From Blasia pusilla (Eukaryota): 64,000 nucleotides of DNA. This document shows, piece by piece, positions 1-13,800 of this stretch. The stretch's first letter is position 1. Every line of letters starts with the position of its first letter. The notes below the pieces were generated by a model, which made no database searches, was not told the DNA's origin, and saw nothing but the letters and a program-made list of their open reading frames with translations. The stretch covers positions 806,001-870,000 of the forward strand of contig CM114271.1 of the NCBI GenBank assembly GCA_050084515.1, in the 5' to 3' direction. The position numbers and the translations under genes were made by a program.

Positions 1-960
1 CGAGCTATACTTTGCCTCTGTAGAGTTGTTCGAGCCACTAGCATAAGCCACCACAAACTCTCTACCATCATCTTCATGCTGGGTGAGCATGGCTTGAAGC
101 CCCAACATGCTCCAATCGGTATGCAACTAGAAAGGACGCCCCCTGATCCGTCTCCTCAATATGGGCGCAAACATCAATCTATCCTTGAGCATCTGAAATG
201 CTCTCTCTTGTTCATCCCCCCAGTGCCACCCTTGATCCACCTTGGTCAGCAAGGTCAGCGGCTTTGCAATCAAGCTAAAATCCTTGACGTACCGTCGATA
301 GAAGTTCGCCAATCCCGTGAATGCACGAACTCGACTCACATCTGTATGGCGTGGAATGCGTGGAATGCGTGAAATAGCCTCTGCCTTTATCTGTTGCACA
401 CCAAGGCCCCCTAGGTATATCGTATGACCCACGTACTCAATCTGGTTGTAGAAGAACTTGCACTTGCGTGGATGTAGCTTCAGCCCATGTAATTGCAATC
501 GTCAAAACATCTCCTCTAGATGTTTCTCATGCTCCTCAACCGTGGCGCTAAAGACTATGATATCATCAATATAATACCTAGCAAAATCCACACCTGCCAA
601 GATCCTATCCATGACCCTCTGAAACTCAGCCAGGGCGTTCTTTAACCTAAATGGTAAGAATCGCCATAGGTACAAGCAATCCTTCCCGTGAGGATCGATG
701 CCCCAAAATGCCGTCTTTTGCCTTTCCTCCAATTTGATAGGCAATTGATGGTATCCGGCTTGAAGATATAATGAAGTGAAGACCTTTGCATGCTTGTAGG
801 ATCGTCGGAAGAGCGGTGTATCACTCGACAACTCAATGCGGATCCCTGGACCCTTCAGTGTACCAAAATCATGCATACTTAATGCAAAACATCTCCTATA
901 ACTCCTAAGGAACTAGTGTATCCGGCGCCGCTCTCCTCTTGTCAACTTAGGGCCAATATC
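1..960 (-). pseudogene. pol: Ty3/Gypsy reverse transcriptase and RNase H (disrupted, with internal deletion)
   Basis: GYHQL, KTAF, LPFRLKNA, YIDDIIVFS, KCKF, GLANFYRRYVKDFSLIAKPLT, LHTDWS and VVAYAS motifs. The N-terminal RT segment is deleted near 790 relative to the copy at 62.2-62.45 kb. Confidence 0.95.
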
Positions 961-1289
961 TGGCTCCCAAGTCTCCATCGTGACTATGGTAGGACTCTCC
1001 GGTGCGGATGTCAATGGTTGTTATGGTGCAACCCCGTCTCGGATAATAGAACTCTTATCTCCACGCGCAGTACCCGAAACCATGCTTGATGCTGTGGCTA
1101 TCATCTCCTGGCGTATCTGCAAAACATCCGAAGAAGTCCAAGGGTACCTCTCCTGATCACCCCTGGTGTGTCGATCTCCTCGAGTCTTGCCCCCGGCCAT
1201 TGCCTCAACTATCTCGGTAGGCATGGGCTCACCAACGCAACAGTTGTGATCTATCTCATCCTCAAACGACCTTGCTCAACTACTCCTAA

Positions 1290-2240
1290 GTTGAGAATCC
1301 ATGTTAAGCAGTTCATGTCCATCGCCTGATCCAAGACATGATGTCATGATGCCTTTGATAGTGACGGTACTTCCATCACTCCTAGGGTAATTCCATCGCT
1401 TGCTCTCGCTCATCGGCGTTGGGCTCCACCAACCTCTGTACTTGGTCATCCCAAACTAAGCCAGGTCCGGCCTCCTTGTATGCAAAGGAAGCAAGAAAAC
1501 TCAAAAATGTGGGAATGGTTTCCCGTGGCATGCCAATCTTGTTGACCACAGTCAACGATGGTCGATCAACGTGCCTCATTGCCTGTGATCGACGACCTGG
1601 ATCCACAATAGAATCCACCAAAAAATCTAAGGGGCGCTCCACTCTTGCATATGCCCTCCGAAATACCTCGTGTGATACCAAGTTTGTCCACCAAAGACAC
1701 GGACGATATGCTCGTGAACCCATACTCGCCGCATCCAACAAAACTGCCGGGCCGATCCATGCGCGCACCTGATGTGCATTCGTCACCACACAGGACCTCG
1801 AATCATCCAAAATTGGTACATTCTCCAGAATGTATGCTCGAGGACGAGATTGATGCTCTTGCAAGTGTTGCAAGATCCACATCATCTCCCAAAACAACAT
1901 GGACCGAGAGTCAGCTAATCCGCTACCTCGTCCAGCACTTGACAGGCCCTAACATGGCCAACCAGCAATGACCACGACTATGGCCCCTACCAGTTCCAAG
2001 TCCTGCACCCCCAACAATGAAATGTCCCTTGGTAGGGAACTCCGGTAACCCTGAATGGCGGACGCAGACAAGAAGTTAGGAAAACGGAGGCGTAACTATG
2101 CCACATGGTGAAGTGAAACGCGCCTCATAACATCATCAATCTCAACGTATAGGTATTGTTGTACGCGCACTCATGCCTACAAAAAATAGCTAAACTAGTG
2201 TTGATCCCTCCAAAGAGATCCAGCACGCGAATGCCCTTCT
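1290..2240 (-). pseudogene. C5-cytosine DNA methyltransferase domain embedded in pol (disrupted)
   Basis: Motif I GIRVLDLFGGI (2203-2235); II YVEID; III RDI; IV GWPC*G (CAG>TAG at 1949-1951); VI YILENV (ENV 1817-1825); VIII DAASMGSRAYRPCLWWTNL; IX EPNADEREQAMELP; X-like HVLDQAMDMNCL. All occur in canonical order. Confidence 0.92.
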
Positions 2241-2639
2241 CTGGGATGTACCACACAATCGGGGTGGTGTCCAAAGGGGTCATAGCAGCACTCCTGGCTA
2301 CCTTGGGTTCCTCTGACCCATCGCGCTCTAGTGCAAACGCCTCACTCCACCCTGTCTGTACATGCTCATCGGATAAACGTCAAAGCTCTTCACTCAAGCC
2401 CCACAACGACATCTCTCCTCCACAGAATGATGCGGCTACCATAACACTCCTCTCCCTAGACATGTCAAGAATGGGAGTATCCTCTGCATGTCCCTCAATC
2501 AAATTACTAGGCCAAGTGATGGCATTGCTAAATGCTGCTAAGGTTGCCATCTCTCATGGCTGTCGCTCGATCACTGCACATGTGAATCAAACGGGTAATG
2601 AGCTAACTCGCTCATCACCTGACTGCCATCCTAGTCTCT

Positions 2640-3228
2640 AGGACGTTGACTTCTCCTAGTAATCCAAGGAAAACCCTATCGGATATAACATTGCTCCACC
2701 AACCAAGACATCCTAGGACTCTGCATCAATCACTATCGCCTTGGCTCGCACCACGGACTCATCTGTGGGATGTCCCGGGCGAATCCTCACCACGAGCTCA
2801 TGTTGGGTGATATAATGTGTGGTACTTGCTCCATCCAAGGATGTCTATCTCCGGAATGGACAACGCTCCACATCGGCTCTCGTCAAGCCCAATCCTCTGA
2901 ATGACGCTTTCCCCAACATCAGGGGTTGCGCTCCTGAATCCAACAAGACGCGCTGCGGACTAAAAACTCTACCTCCTGGACTCACCAACTGGAAGACCTC
3001 TCCCCGGTTATCCAGAAACACAACACCAGGAGAAGCCATGGTACGCTCTATCGCGGGTCTAGCCGGCATCTCCGCCATCCTAGCAACCGCAGCCTGCCAT
3101 GAATATGACGTGGACGGCCCGAGTATCCGCTCCAAGGGCAGGTCCATGACCTCCTTTGCAATCACCTCTAAATATGATGCAAGAGCTCCAACTCCATGCT
3201 CACATAGCGAAGCGGCCAACAGGACCAC
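2640..3228 (-). pseudogene. Retropepsin-type aspartic protease domain
   Basis: RVLLDSGAQPLMLG active-site motif, with a downstream DVLVG-like motif after a frameshift. Confidence 0.85.
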
Positions 3229-4336
3229 CTAGTGTACGATCTCTAGCCCACCCGGACCAGCTATTTGCTCTGGTGCCCTCTGTGGCCCTCGGTTCGGACG
3301 TAACTCAGGGTCTAAACTGAAACACCTGGCATGTGTATGACCATACCTCTGACAATAGTCACGCTGATAACCTTTTGGTGTAGCACCATCTCCTCCTCCA
3401 TGTTGAGGTACACGTCCTTGACCCTGACGAGCGCAATCACGCTGATGATGGGCTCCACCACATGACCAACAAGTAATCCTAGGCGGTTGCTGCTGAGCCA
3501 TATATAAAGGCGCAGATCTCTGTGATACGGTTTCCCCGTATCCTCCCTGAGCTCGTGGTGCCATAGTTGACCTATCTCGGAGTCCACGTTGTTGCACTAG
3601 TGGTGCAGACAATCGTGACTGCTCTCGCCCACAACCCATGGTGGCTACGCTCTCCTCCGTCATGTTGCGCTCAATGTTCTCGACGGTCCTAAAAACATCT
3701 CTCAACATAGGGGAGGTGTTCATAAGAAGCACCCCTCTCGCACCCATGTCCGCACGGTCCGGTCGAGCATTGTGTACATGACTAGATAGCCTGAGCCTCT
3801 ATCACCCCCTGAGTGACGTTGATCAACCAACGCAAGCGAGTGTAAGACTCACGCAAACTCTTGCCTGGGCGCCTCTGGAAGTCGTGGATGCTTTGTAACT
3901 TCTCCGTCCATATCCCCTGGTAGCTCGTCCTCAACTTAGGGAAGAACTCAACCACGGGTTTGAACCTAGGATGAGCCCGACTAGATGGTGCAAGTGCTCC
4001 AATGCAAGTGACCCCTCCTAAAACATCACTAGTGGAAGAGGAAGTAGTCTCTCTTGATTCCTCCTCCTCATCTAGGAACGGCTCCGTCCATGACACATAG
4101 TGTGGGTCATAGTAGAGTCACCATGCCTCAATCTCCTAGGCATATCTGTGGGAGAATTCATGGTAATCGTCCATGGGCGCCCCCTCTAAATGCTGGAACA
4201 TACCATTGCATGGTGTAAATGGATTTAACTCTCTAGAGTTTGTAGCCCGCTGTGAGTCACACCAACTCCTAAACTCCGCCATGAAGTAGAGTGTAAACTC
4301 TAGACATCCCACACAGTCTATGTCCCCTAAACCCAT
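3229..4336 (-). pseudogene. gag: Retrotransposon gag (disrupted)
   Basis: Gag-like FQRRPGKSLRESYTRLR motif and two degenerate Zn knuckles (CWSCGGAHHQRDC; xDYCQRYGHTHARC). Split by stops and a frameshift. Confidence 0.8.
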
Positions 4337-4414
4337 ACATCATTGATGCTCCTAGCATCTACACAAAACCCAATATCCCAAATAACTTCCTAATACCCAA
4401 AAATCCCTCACACG

Positions 4415-6176
4415 TGTAGGGCACGACACCATAATGGGTAACTTGACAATAATGTCGATGTCGCTCCTCGACAGTTGCAAATCTCGACCCCAACTCGGTC
4501 GTGAAGACAAATCCTCCTCGATGTGCGGTGCAAATCCAGTGGTCCAATGCGGCACTGGCACTCGGCACGGCACTCGAGAATGGGGTGCGGCACTCGGTGG
4601 CATACCCTCCTAAATCAGCAATTCACACGCTCTACTCCTTCACTAAGAATCCGCAATGGAGATGGTGCGGTGCAGCCATGAGCGGCACGGAGCGGCAATC
4701 GGAGGCGCGTTACGGCTATGGGCGTCACCGCACAGTACTTGATCGTCGTCGAGCGGCTACCAATCACAACATAGCAGCATGAAATGAAAACTCAAACCCC
4801 ATCACCTACCATTACTAGTTGATGACGAGATTGCAATTACGGTGGCGGCCAAAACAAAGTACTTGGTGGCGGCGCAAGTCAGAGAATCAACGGTCATCGT
4901 GGAATACCCTCCGCTTCGTAATAGTGGCAATGGCAACCAAGGGTGGACAACGGCCGAACGCGGCTCTAAGCAACGCTAGGCGGCGGCAACGGCCGACGGT
5001 GGACGGTGAAGGTTGACTGTTTAGGGTGACGGTTGACCATTTAGGCCGACCGGTGGACGGTGACGCAAACCGTTGACAATTGACGGTGACAGCCGGCGGC
5101 GGCGCGGCTGCTGGTTTAGGGTTTGAACAATTTAACCATTAAAATTGCCTAATAATGGCAATTTTGCAAGATTGACCATAACTTTTTGCTCACAACTCCA
5201 AATTATGCACTGTCTATTGCACAATGTGCACAACGTCATGATCTACGACTGCGTTAAAAATATTTTGAATCAAACATTCCAATAAAATTGACGGGATTGT
5301 CGTAAAGCCCAATGTCTCGTTCTCCTACACAAAATTTGGCAGCGCTTTCGTGCTGATTTCTCCCCCAAAAAAATATAAAACCTGTGAGAACACAAATCAA
5401 CAAACTAGATGGTGCTCCCAAGAGCACTGACATGGAGCAATCCGCCCCCATACTCAATTCCTATCAAAAATTGGTTAGCGCTTCCGCGTGCCACTCTCTC
5501 GTACAAAAAATCAGCAAAGAAAAACAGCAAACTCGCACGGCTCTTGCTCTGGTGAGCACTCCCATGAGCCATGAAGCGTTTAACACGGTCCCCCAACCTG
5601 CACCAAACATCGAGCAACCAGGGAGCTCCCCTATGAATCTCTCTCACTCACTCATTCTCTCTTTGTAAAATAAGACCTCTCGCAACACCATAGTTCTTAC
5701 ATGTGTACACTCTCACATGTCTCTCTCAATGTCAAACCAAACCCATTCTCCTAATGAGAGGCTTGGGTTATACACACAAGGCAAGCAAAACCATAACTCC
5801 ACAGCCTCATGCCAACAGGTTCAACAAAGAGAGAATGAGTTCTCAAGCTCTCTCTCCTTGAGATATACCTCTCCCCTCTCCCAAGCTCTCTCCATGGTAA
5901 CCTATGCTTCCAAGTCACCTCCTTGGCTCTTGACCTGATGTAGGAGGTCAAGGGAAACTTACCAAAAATAGAAAGTCGACCATATACTTAAAATGGTACT
6001 TACCTAAAATAGTAAGTTCCTCAATATGGCTCCAAATGAGCCGAAACCAAGGGGAAACCTACTCTCTCAGGTTTCCTAGGGCCTCAGCAGGTCATCCTCG
6101 ACCTCTTGAGCGTGTCCTCCACTACTCGTGAAGGCGCTCTACTAGATCTCACCGATCTATCCTAAAAGACGTGACA
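4415..6176 (-). repeat. 5' LTR (plus possibly 5' UTR) of the DNMT-Gypsy element; 3' boundary uncertain
   Basis: Begins with TG at 6176 and is colinear with the LTR segments of 61157-64000 down to about 4800. A candidate ...CCCTACA end lies at 4415, but no canonical tRNA PBS was recognised. Confidence 0.7.
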
Positions 6177-7976
6177 CCTATCTTGCTTATATCACATACA
6201 ACCCTACAATTTGGTGTAATAGTTGCCTCATGAATAATATAAATATTTTTGGGAACGAGATTTATCATGCCATACCGCCTCTATTATAAACAAGAATAAG
6301 CCTCCACCAAAAAAATTATCAGCCATATGACACCTCGAGTTTTTCTAGCAGCACTACTAATAGTTGTTGTAAACCCTTTCAGCGCACTGGCCCCATACTT
6401 GTTCATAAACTAATATATAAGATTGAACCCTTCATACTAATTATATTTTAATAGGAGAGAGTTAGAAAGAGTTGAATTAGGAAAATGTGTTGCAACAGGT
6501 ATATATTGAGCAATTCACAATCCAAAAATTGAGATTCTTGATTGACTTACTCAATCAACAATCGGTTGGAGATGTAGAAACCAAACCACGTAATATGTAG
6601 TGCTCAAAGATACCACTTCTTTGATCAAATAGAACTTTTATCTTATAATTAATTATTTTTCATCATCCACTAAATAACTTAAATAAAATGTTCATTGATT
6701 ACACAACATGCTTAAGCATGTCTTTAGACTTTTCTTTCTTTTATGGTTTTTCTATTAGACCCCACTCAATGAAGGTGAAGAATATTTTTCTTTTCAAACC
6801 TATCTTTGATAAGTGGAGCCTCACAACAACTATAAATGCATGGGTTGGATAAAGATTTGGTTCTTTTTTAATTGAATAATGGAGCTTTTGGTAGGTGGAT
6901 TATTTGATGTATCTACAACTATTCTACTCTCATCACATAATAGAGGAACAAGAAACGGTTGTGCCTTAAAATCAATAAACTCTTCTTCAATCAAATCAAA
7001 AAATTTGAAAGCAAGATAGGGTTGAGTAAGATCATGACCACCGTCACACGCCTTTGGGATTCCAATTGCTTTCGGTAATATACTTCTAATCTTGTATAGT
7101 TGAGCATAATACTCCCACTCATTTAACCTTCTTTTTTATTTTATTTTTTTAATCCATCCTATTTTGTTCCTTAATTTTTCTGGCTAATGATTTTATAATT
7201 AATTTGAATTTAAAGAAATCGCAATTGATTGTGACTCAGATTGTCTTGGTTGCAATCGTAAAAATAGAAATCTTCTTACAAATTTAAGAAAAGTTATCTC
7301 TACTATTTACTCCATTGAATTGTAAGACCTAAAAACAAGACAATCTTGATCACTAAGATCCAAATCACTATACTCTACATTTATGACAAATAAGTGAAAA
7401 AGCTTACCGGAAATTAGCTTATCGAATGTATATTTCAAACACTATTCCAACTTGTAGCTTCTTTAGGTCATGCCTTCTTCCTTGATAAATATAATTCGAT
7501 CTTCAAAAAATTACTAAGATTTGAAATGAACAAATATTCGTTACATTGGAAATAGTAAGAAACATGCAATAAAATCATTATATCCACATGTAATGACAAC
7601 ATTTGAAGAAAATGACATGAGAATGAAGGTTGTGTTAACTTTGTCATTTCTATATTAAATATCTCATAACTCTCGAATTTGTGGATCACTATCATAAATT
7701 AGGCTACAAGGTTGATATTTTGACTAACTCATTTGGATAATAACTCAAGATTAGAGGCTTTGGTAAAGGTTAATGGCACAAACTAGAGGCTTTTATACAA
7801 CCATGCACATCAATCGTGCTTTCTTTTGGAAAGGAACTTGTAATGATAAAAGATTGATCCCAACGAGGATCAGTTGGAAAGAATATGTTCTAAATTGGAA
7901 TAGTTAGATATAAATTATACTCAAAATTTTCTAGATGAAAAAAACTTGATGAAATGAAGGAAGAAATAAACAAATA

Positions 7977-8005
7977 CTAGTAAGGTGCGCCGTGTGATGC
8001 ACGGG
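7977..8005 (-). mobile_element. Helitron 3' terminus (hairpin plus CTAG|T)
   Basis: Minus strand reads CCCGTGCATCACACGGCGCACCTTACTAGT. Confidence 0.6.
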
Positions 8006-10899
8006 AAATAAAAAATTGTTTGAAGAGTTAGTGTATAGCCCGTGAAATAAAGAGATTAATGATGTTGCACATAAATTCAAAATTTTCTTGTTGAAATGAA
8101 AAAAATGGAAAAAATAATTATGGGAAGACGAAACAAAATTGGGAAGAAGGGGAAAAAATAAGGAGAAAAGGGGGTGTTAAATTTTATATATATATAGAAA
8201 TTTGCCACTTAATTTTTTTAGTATAGAGCCACTTAATTTTTTTTTAAAGGGCTAGGTTCAGGCAATTGAACCTAGCCCTACCCTAAACCTTTTACCCACC
8301 CAACCCTTCACGCCGTTGTCGCCGCCTCCGCAGATCCTACAGCTCACAACATTTTTGCGAGATCTGACGGCCCAGACAAACCAAATGTTAGATCTTTAAT
8401 CTAACGGAAACAGCCCAAGGTCTGAGTGACCTTGCGCTTTCTCCCTCCCCCCTTCGTCCTACCCCAATTGCCCCACCCTGCAATCCCTCATTTCTCGTAT
8501 CTCAGTGCCGTCCGCTCTCCTCAATCATGCACTCGATGCACTCTTGAGTGCACGAGGATCCACATCTCCCAACTCGATGTCATCCTGTCGTTCTACGCTC
8601 TTGAGAGCACATGGGGGTTCTCATAAGCGCTCGAGAGCGCGCGGATCTTGACTCCAACGTGCTCGAGTGCAACTTGGGTGATTGGGTTGGGCTCTCTTAG
8701 TTTCTCTCTCTTGTCTGCTCTCCCTCCCTCCCTCTCTCCCTCCCTTGACCTTATTGCCTTTGAACGTCCCCCGTACCCCCTCCACTCGAACCCAATTTCC
8801 CATCAACTGGCTCTCCTCGCTGCGGCTCATCCCGCTCTCCTCTCCTTGGTGCTGCCATCGAAATGCTTGACCTGTAGCTCCACCTATGCTTTGGCCAGGG
8901 CTGTGTACTCGTGAGTTTTGCATGTGTGGCTAATGCGTCCGTGCTAGATGTGGTCGTGGACATTTGACGGAGCTCTTGTTTCAAAAGCTCGTGCTTGAGG
9001 AGCTTGTGCTTGAGTGTTTAGCAACAAGCCCTGTGGCACTAAGGATTGTCACACTCCTGTTGGCAGTGAGGGCATTGCGAATTGTAGCTAGGAAAAAGCC
9101 CCGGACTTACTACCTTTCCTTTTTTTCTTTGTCTCGTTATTTCTTATTACAGTGAGCATAGGCCCGACCCTCTCTACTCACAGGCGCCGCTCACGCCGTG
9201 GTGACCAACGACTCTAATATTCTGCTCTCTCCCTGTGAATCCCAAACACCCATCATCACTTTGCATAGAACAAAGCATGGCATCCACTCCCGCCGCATTG
9301 ATAGCCCTATGCTCTTTTGCTCTTCCTCACTATGTTGTTCCTGTCCCCTAAGGTAGATCCGTGTTGGAACGTTGGGGCTCTAAGTGGAGTGCAGTTTTTG
9401 TGATCGAAGTCTCTCTATGGTCACGGTGCAAGCATGCACCGTGGACTCTTGATTGGTCTACTGATTTTATCTCAACTCAATATGAGATATAACCTGCATG
9501 AGAAAGATTCTCTTCCGAGATGGCTGCCCTCTGGCTAACTTTTTTGATTTCTTGTGGCAAATTGGTAAGATCTCTTCAGTACTCGAGCTGAGTACTTGGG
9601 TTTAGGGTGATAGGGTAGGGGAGACGTTGTAATCAGACATTCACACAGATCTATTCCCAACAAAGCTTCCGTTTGCAATAAGCTTTCAATTCAAAATAAG
9701 CTTTATATGGATGCTAATTTTGCTTTCTACTTTCACATGTAGACTCTGGCTCTCTAGATCTCAGAATAGTTATAACACCATATGAATATTTAAGACTACA
9801 CACCTTCACATCTTTTCCCATATATAGGGCTATATTTAGTCTCATGCGTATGTGGGGTGGACCTAATGGGCACTTTCAGGCTGACCGGGGACTCCCTCTA
9901 AGAAGGTGAGTGATCTTTTCATTTTTTTGCAGAGCCTTCGTCGAATGTGCTCTCTTTGTCATTGTTGGGCCTCGTTAGGTGATATTGAGGGCTCCCCTGG
10001 TTGTCATTTTGAAGTTGTAGTTCTCTTGCCTTGATCTATGCTGCACGATTGTTTGGAAGTGTTTGCAGATATGCGTGGTGACTTGGGAGCCTGGAGAAAC
10101 TTCAACTCGGGAGGCAAACCTAGAGTTACTTTCGACTTGGGAGTTGTTGGAGACGGAAGCCGACTTGGAAGCTGATGGAAGTCAATGTTTTTGGAGACGG
10201 GAGCTCCCCTACACTTGGGAGGTGAGCACAAAACTACCAACCGCACAACATGGACACTCGGAAGTTGAGCAATTGGAGACTAAGGCGACTTGTGAACTAA
10301 GCTATGGGATTGAAGATCGGAAAAATCTCCCATATGCACTATGCAATGGCTTCCTCATAGATTATCTAATTCCACATCCATGCCATTTTTATGCATGTGA
10401 CCTATACACTTTAGGCCAACCCCGAACCCATATAAACGTTTACATGACTCTTGCATATGAGATAGATACTTAATGTTCATCCCCTACATGTGCAATTACT
10501 ATCCATGGTAGACTCAAGGATAGGGGTAGAAATTCAATGGATTTCATAGAGGATTCTTTTCAGTTACATCACTTCTAGATTCCCCTTTAATTGGCTTCGA
10601 TCTTAGTAACACCATGTCTGGGGTCAATCCTCAATCCCAGAGGGAATTCAACATATTTTCAAGATCAATCTGGAAATTAATCCTTTGTATAAAGATGATA
10701 GGACACTTACAGAATTACCTAATCCTACCTCCGGCTTAGAGATCCTTCCGTCATCCTCTCTCCAAAGCATTATTAAGGCCTCCCAAGACAAAGGACAAGT
10801 TACACATAACATTAAGCATGATCCTTACCACAATGACTTGAACATACTCCAAGATATTTCATACTCCTTGCCTATCCAAAGACGAAGCTCTATTGATAT

Positions 10900-13800
10900 C
10901 TTTGATAATGGTAGCATATCTTTGCGGGCAGTTGTATCTTCTCGAGACAAACTTCTAACGGACATTTGAGGCATATCCCATTTTTATTCCCTTTCCACTG
11001 TGGGTACTTTACAAGCAGATCTACATTTTCTGACTATATTGAGCAGCGGACCCATAAGCTCTTCAACATATTTTCACTATTCAAAACGTATCCACTACTA
11101 CTGTACCAACTCCACCAATCTATTGCCTTATGTTATACTTCAAAAAACTTTGTTCTTAACAAAGAACTGGAGCGTCTCCGTAGAGATAAGCCTCATTTGG
11201 CAGATGAAGAACGGTATCAACATCTATCAAAATACTATGTTAGCCCCCAGATCCCTCGTAGTCCTGCTTGGCACTGAAGGCATCTTAAAGATCTGAAAGC
11301 TATGGTGCACAAGTGGGGAATGCCCCATTTATTCCTAACACTAACTTCAGATGAAGTCTCTACGACTCGATGGGTAGCATTTGATGATATTGATGTTATC
11401 CTTCAGCAATTAAATCCAAATTTCTCATGGCATGACGCTCCAATTGAATGTGCACAATTGTTTCATACTAGGCTTCATTCTTTTCTTTCCTTGTTCGTCT
11501 TCTCAAGACCCCGAATACTAGGTAGAGTGCACAACTATTTGCTGCGTTATGAGTTGCAGGGGAGAGGGAGTTTACATTGCCACATAATCCTGTGGATTCA
11601 CCTAGATGATGTTGACAAAGTAAACTCATAAATATATTCATACATTCCTTCTCTTGATCATGTCCTTGGTCATGAAAACCATAGCTCTACTAGAATAAAT
11701 CCAAGTGCAATTCTATTAGATCTAGTCCTCCATAAGTAGTTGCACAAGTGCAACTAGAGTATTTGCATTATCAAAAAATAGAAATAGAAACTCTATTGTC
11801 ATCTTGGGTTCCCAGCTGATGTAAATACGAACACAAGAGCTTTTATTGATCCACTTACGATCATATGGAAATATTACCGTCCCTTATCACAACATCGTAA
11901 TATCATCCCGTACCATCCTCTTTTGTTGTTGCTATGGGGGGCACGCATGAATGTTTAAAGAGTTACAAATGCTGAGTGGTCATTCTATTTGCTCAAATAT
12001 GCCTTGAAATATGAATCTACTCGCTCACTAGATATTGAGACAAAATCATCTAAATGCCTCGGTCTTGGTGGTTTGGAAGAAATAAAACTTCGTATGGTAT
12101 CAGGAGTTTTTCTCAAAAGATTTGTATTCAAATTTTGGTGATATGCATGTCACAAGTTGTCCATTACATTGACTGCAATCCACCATCAAGAAGAACTTAC
12201 CTTTACAAATGTGCTTCTATTCCATGTATTCATCCTACCACTCTCTATGCTAGTAGGCTAGCTACCCTCCATGCCCTTACATTCTTCCAATACTGGTCCA
12301 CACACGAGTTATTGAAAACTTATCCAAAGACAATTGGTGACAAAGTTATAGGATTAGATAAGTTAGGTAACATTTTCAGTACCACATTTAGACTTGTGAG
12401 ATTTACTGAATTTCATCCACTTCACCAATGGAACAAATTTTTCTTCTTGGTTCTTCTTGACAATTTCACTTTCACACCTGACGATTCAATCCTCTCATTT
12501 CATGCTGAAAAATGGACATATACATATCTGCATGAATGTTTATAGAAGGGTATAATCAAGGATATGAAAGATATTCAGAGTCTTATAAGAGTACATGCAC
12601 AAAAGAACTCGTGGAGTAATGTCCACAAAGTTTAGATGCTTGCCAATATAACTACTGTTCTTCAGCCTGAACTCACATTAGATATCCACTCAATATTTAA
12701 TCTCCACTCAGTTGAGGATCAGACTGGTCATGACCCTTGTGATGAACCATTTCTTGAACCACACATAGCTTGCTTAATCTTGAGCAGAATAATATATTCC
12801 TTCAGCTCGCTTATATCAACTCTGGTCTAGTCCTTCTTAAAGGTGCCTCGGGTTGTGGGAAGTCTTTTTTCATTTCATTTATGTACAAGTACTTGAAATC
12901 AAGGAAAATGTCACCCCTCCTCACTGCCACTATTGGTATAGCAGTTGTGAGTTTGCACCAGGATGCAAGTACAGTTCACTCAGCCTTTAGCATCCCAATT
13001 AGGGAAGACCTACCATCTATACACACAACTTTTGATTGTCATATCAACCTCAAAGCTTCCAAAGTTATTGTTATAGATGAATTTTGTATGTTAACAACCA
13101 AGATCCTGCAAATAATCATAATGCGTATTAATGAGGTAACAAGATCTACTAGCAAGGATATACTTGGTGACAAGTTGTTGATTCTTGTCGGATATTTGTG
13201 TCAACTACCACCTGTCTGTAGCCATAAAGTTTCTAGCTATTGTCATGGTTGCCACATTAGCTCATCTCCATTCCTTCTCAATGTCCTCTCATTTCAGGTA
13301 ACAATACTTGTCCGTCACTCTAATGATGAGTTTTTTTATAAGTTCCTTACATCCATTAGGTATAGAATGCCCACTCAGCCAGATTGACGAGTGCTTAAGT
13401 GACTACTTCGTGATTGAGGATGAGGCAACCAACTTCATTAGCTCAAATACAACCATCATTTGTACCCACTATGAAGATGTCGCTCTATTCAACCTCCTAA
13501 CCCTTGAGAGGGTTTTTGAGGATGCTTCCATCATCAAAGTCAATGTTTTACCATATGCTACTTCAAGACCAACATTTAGTGGATGGTTGAATGATGAATC
13601 TTTTCATCAAGTACCATTCATTGCGCTTCATTGCCGAGTTATGATTACATCAAATTAATGTCAATCTAAAATGTCAAGCAGCCAATGGGTCCTTGCCAAA
13701 AATTACTTTGATCCTTCTTGGCAACAATTACAATATTATCTATGATAATGATGAGCTATTACATATCATTTTCACTCTTGACTTTAATGCAAAGTCCATC

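Larger units (their letters stand above)
1..6176 (-). mobile_element. Degenerate Ty3/Gypsy LTR retrotransposon with order gag-protease-C5 DNA methyltransferase-RT-RNaseH (runs off the left edge of the window)
   Basis: The 5' terminus TGTCACGTCTTTTAGGATAG is at 6176 (minus), and the same terminus occurs at 61157 (+). Downstream are gag with Zn knuckles, protease LLDSGA, DNMT motifs, RT YIDD and RNase H LHTDWS. There are many in-frame stops and frameshifts. Confidence 0.95.

Noticed and set aside
1290-2240. DNMT as a bacterial restriction-modification gene, contamination, or a host DNMT gene
   Set aside because: It is intronless, collinear with pol between PR and RT, decays like the rest of the element, and recurs in a second copy within LTR sequence. 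No cognate endonuclease or host regulatory domains are present.
4420-4436. TGGTGTCGTGCCC (minus strand) as a tRNA primer-binding site
   Set aside because: I could not match it to a tRNA 3' end, and the preceding CA does not give a convincing LTR end. Left unresolved.
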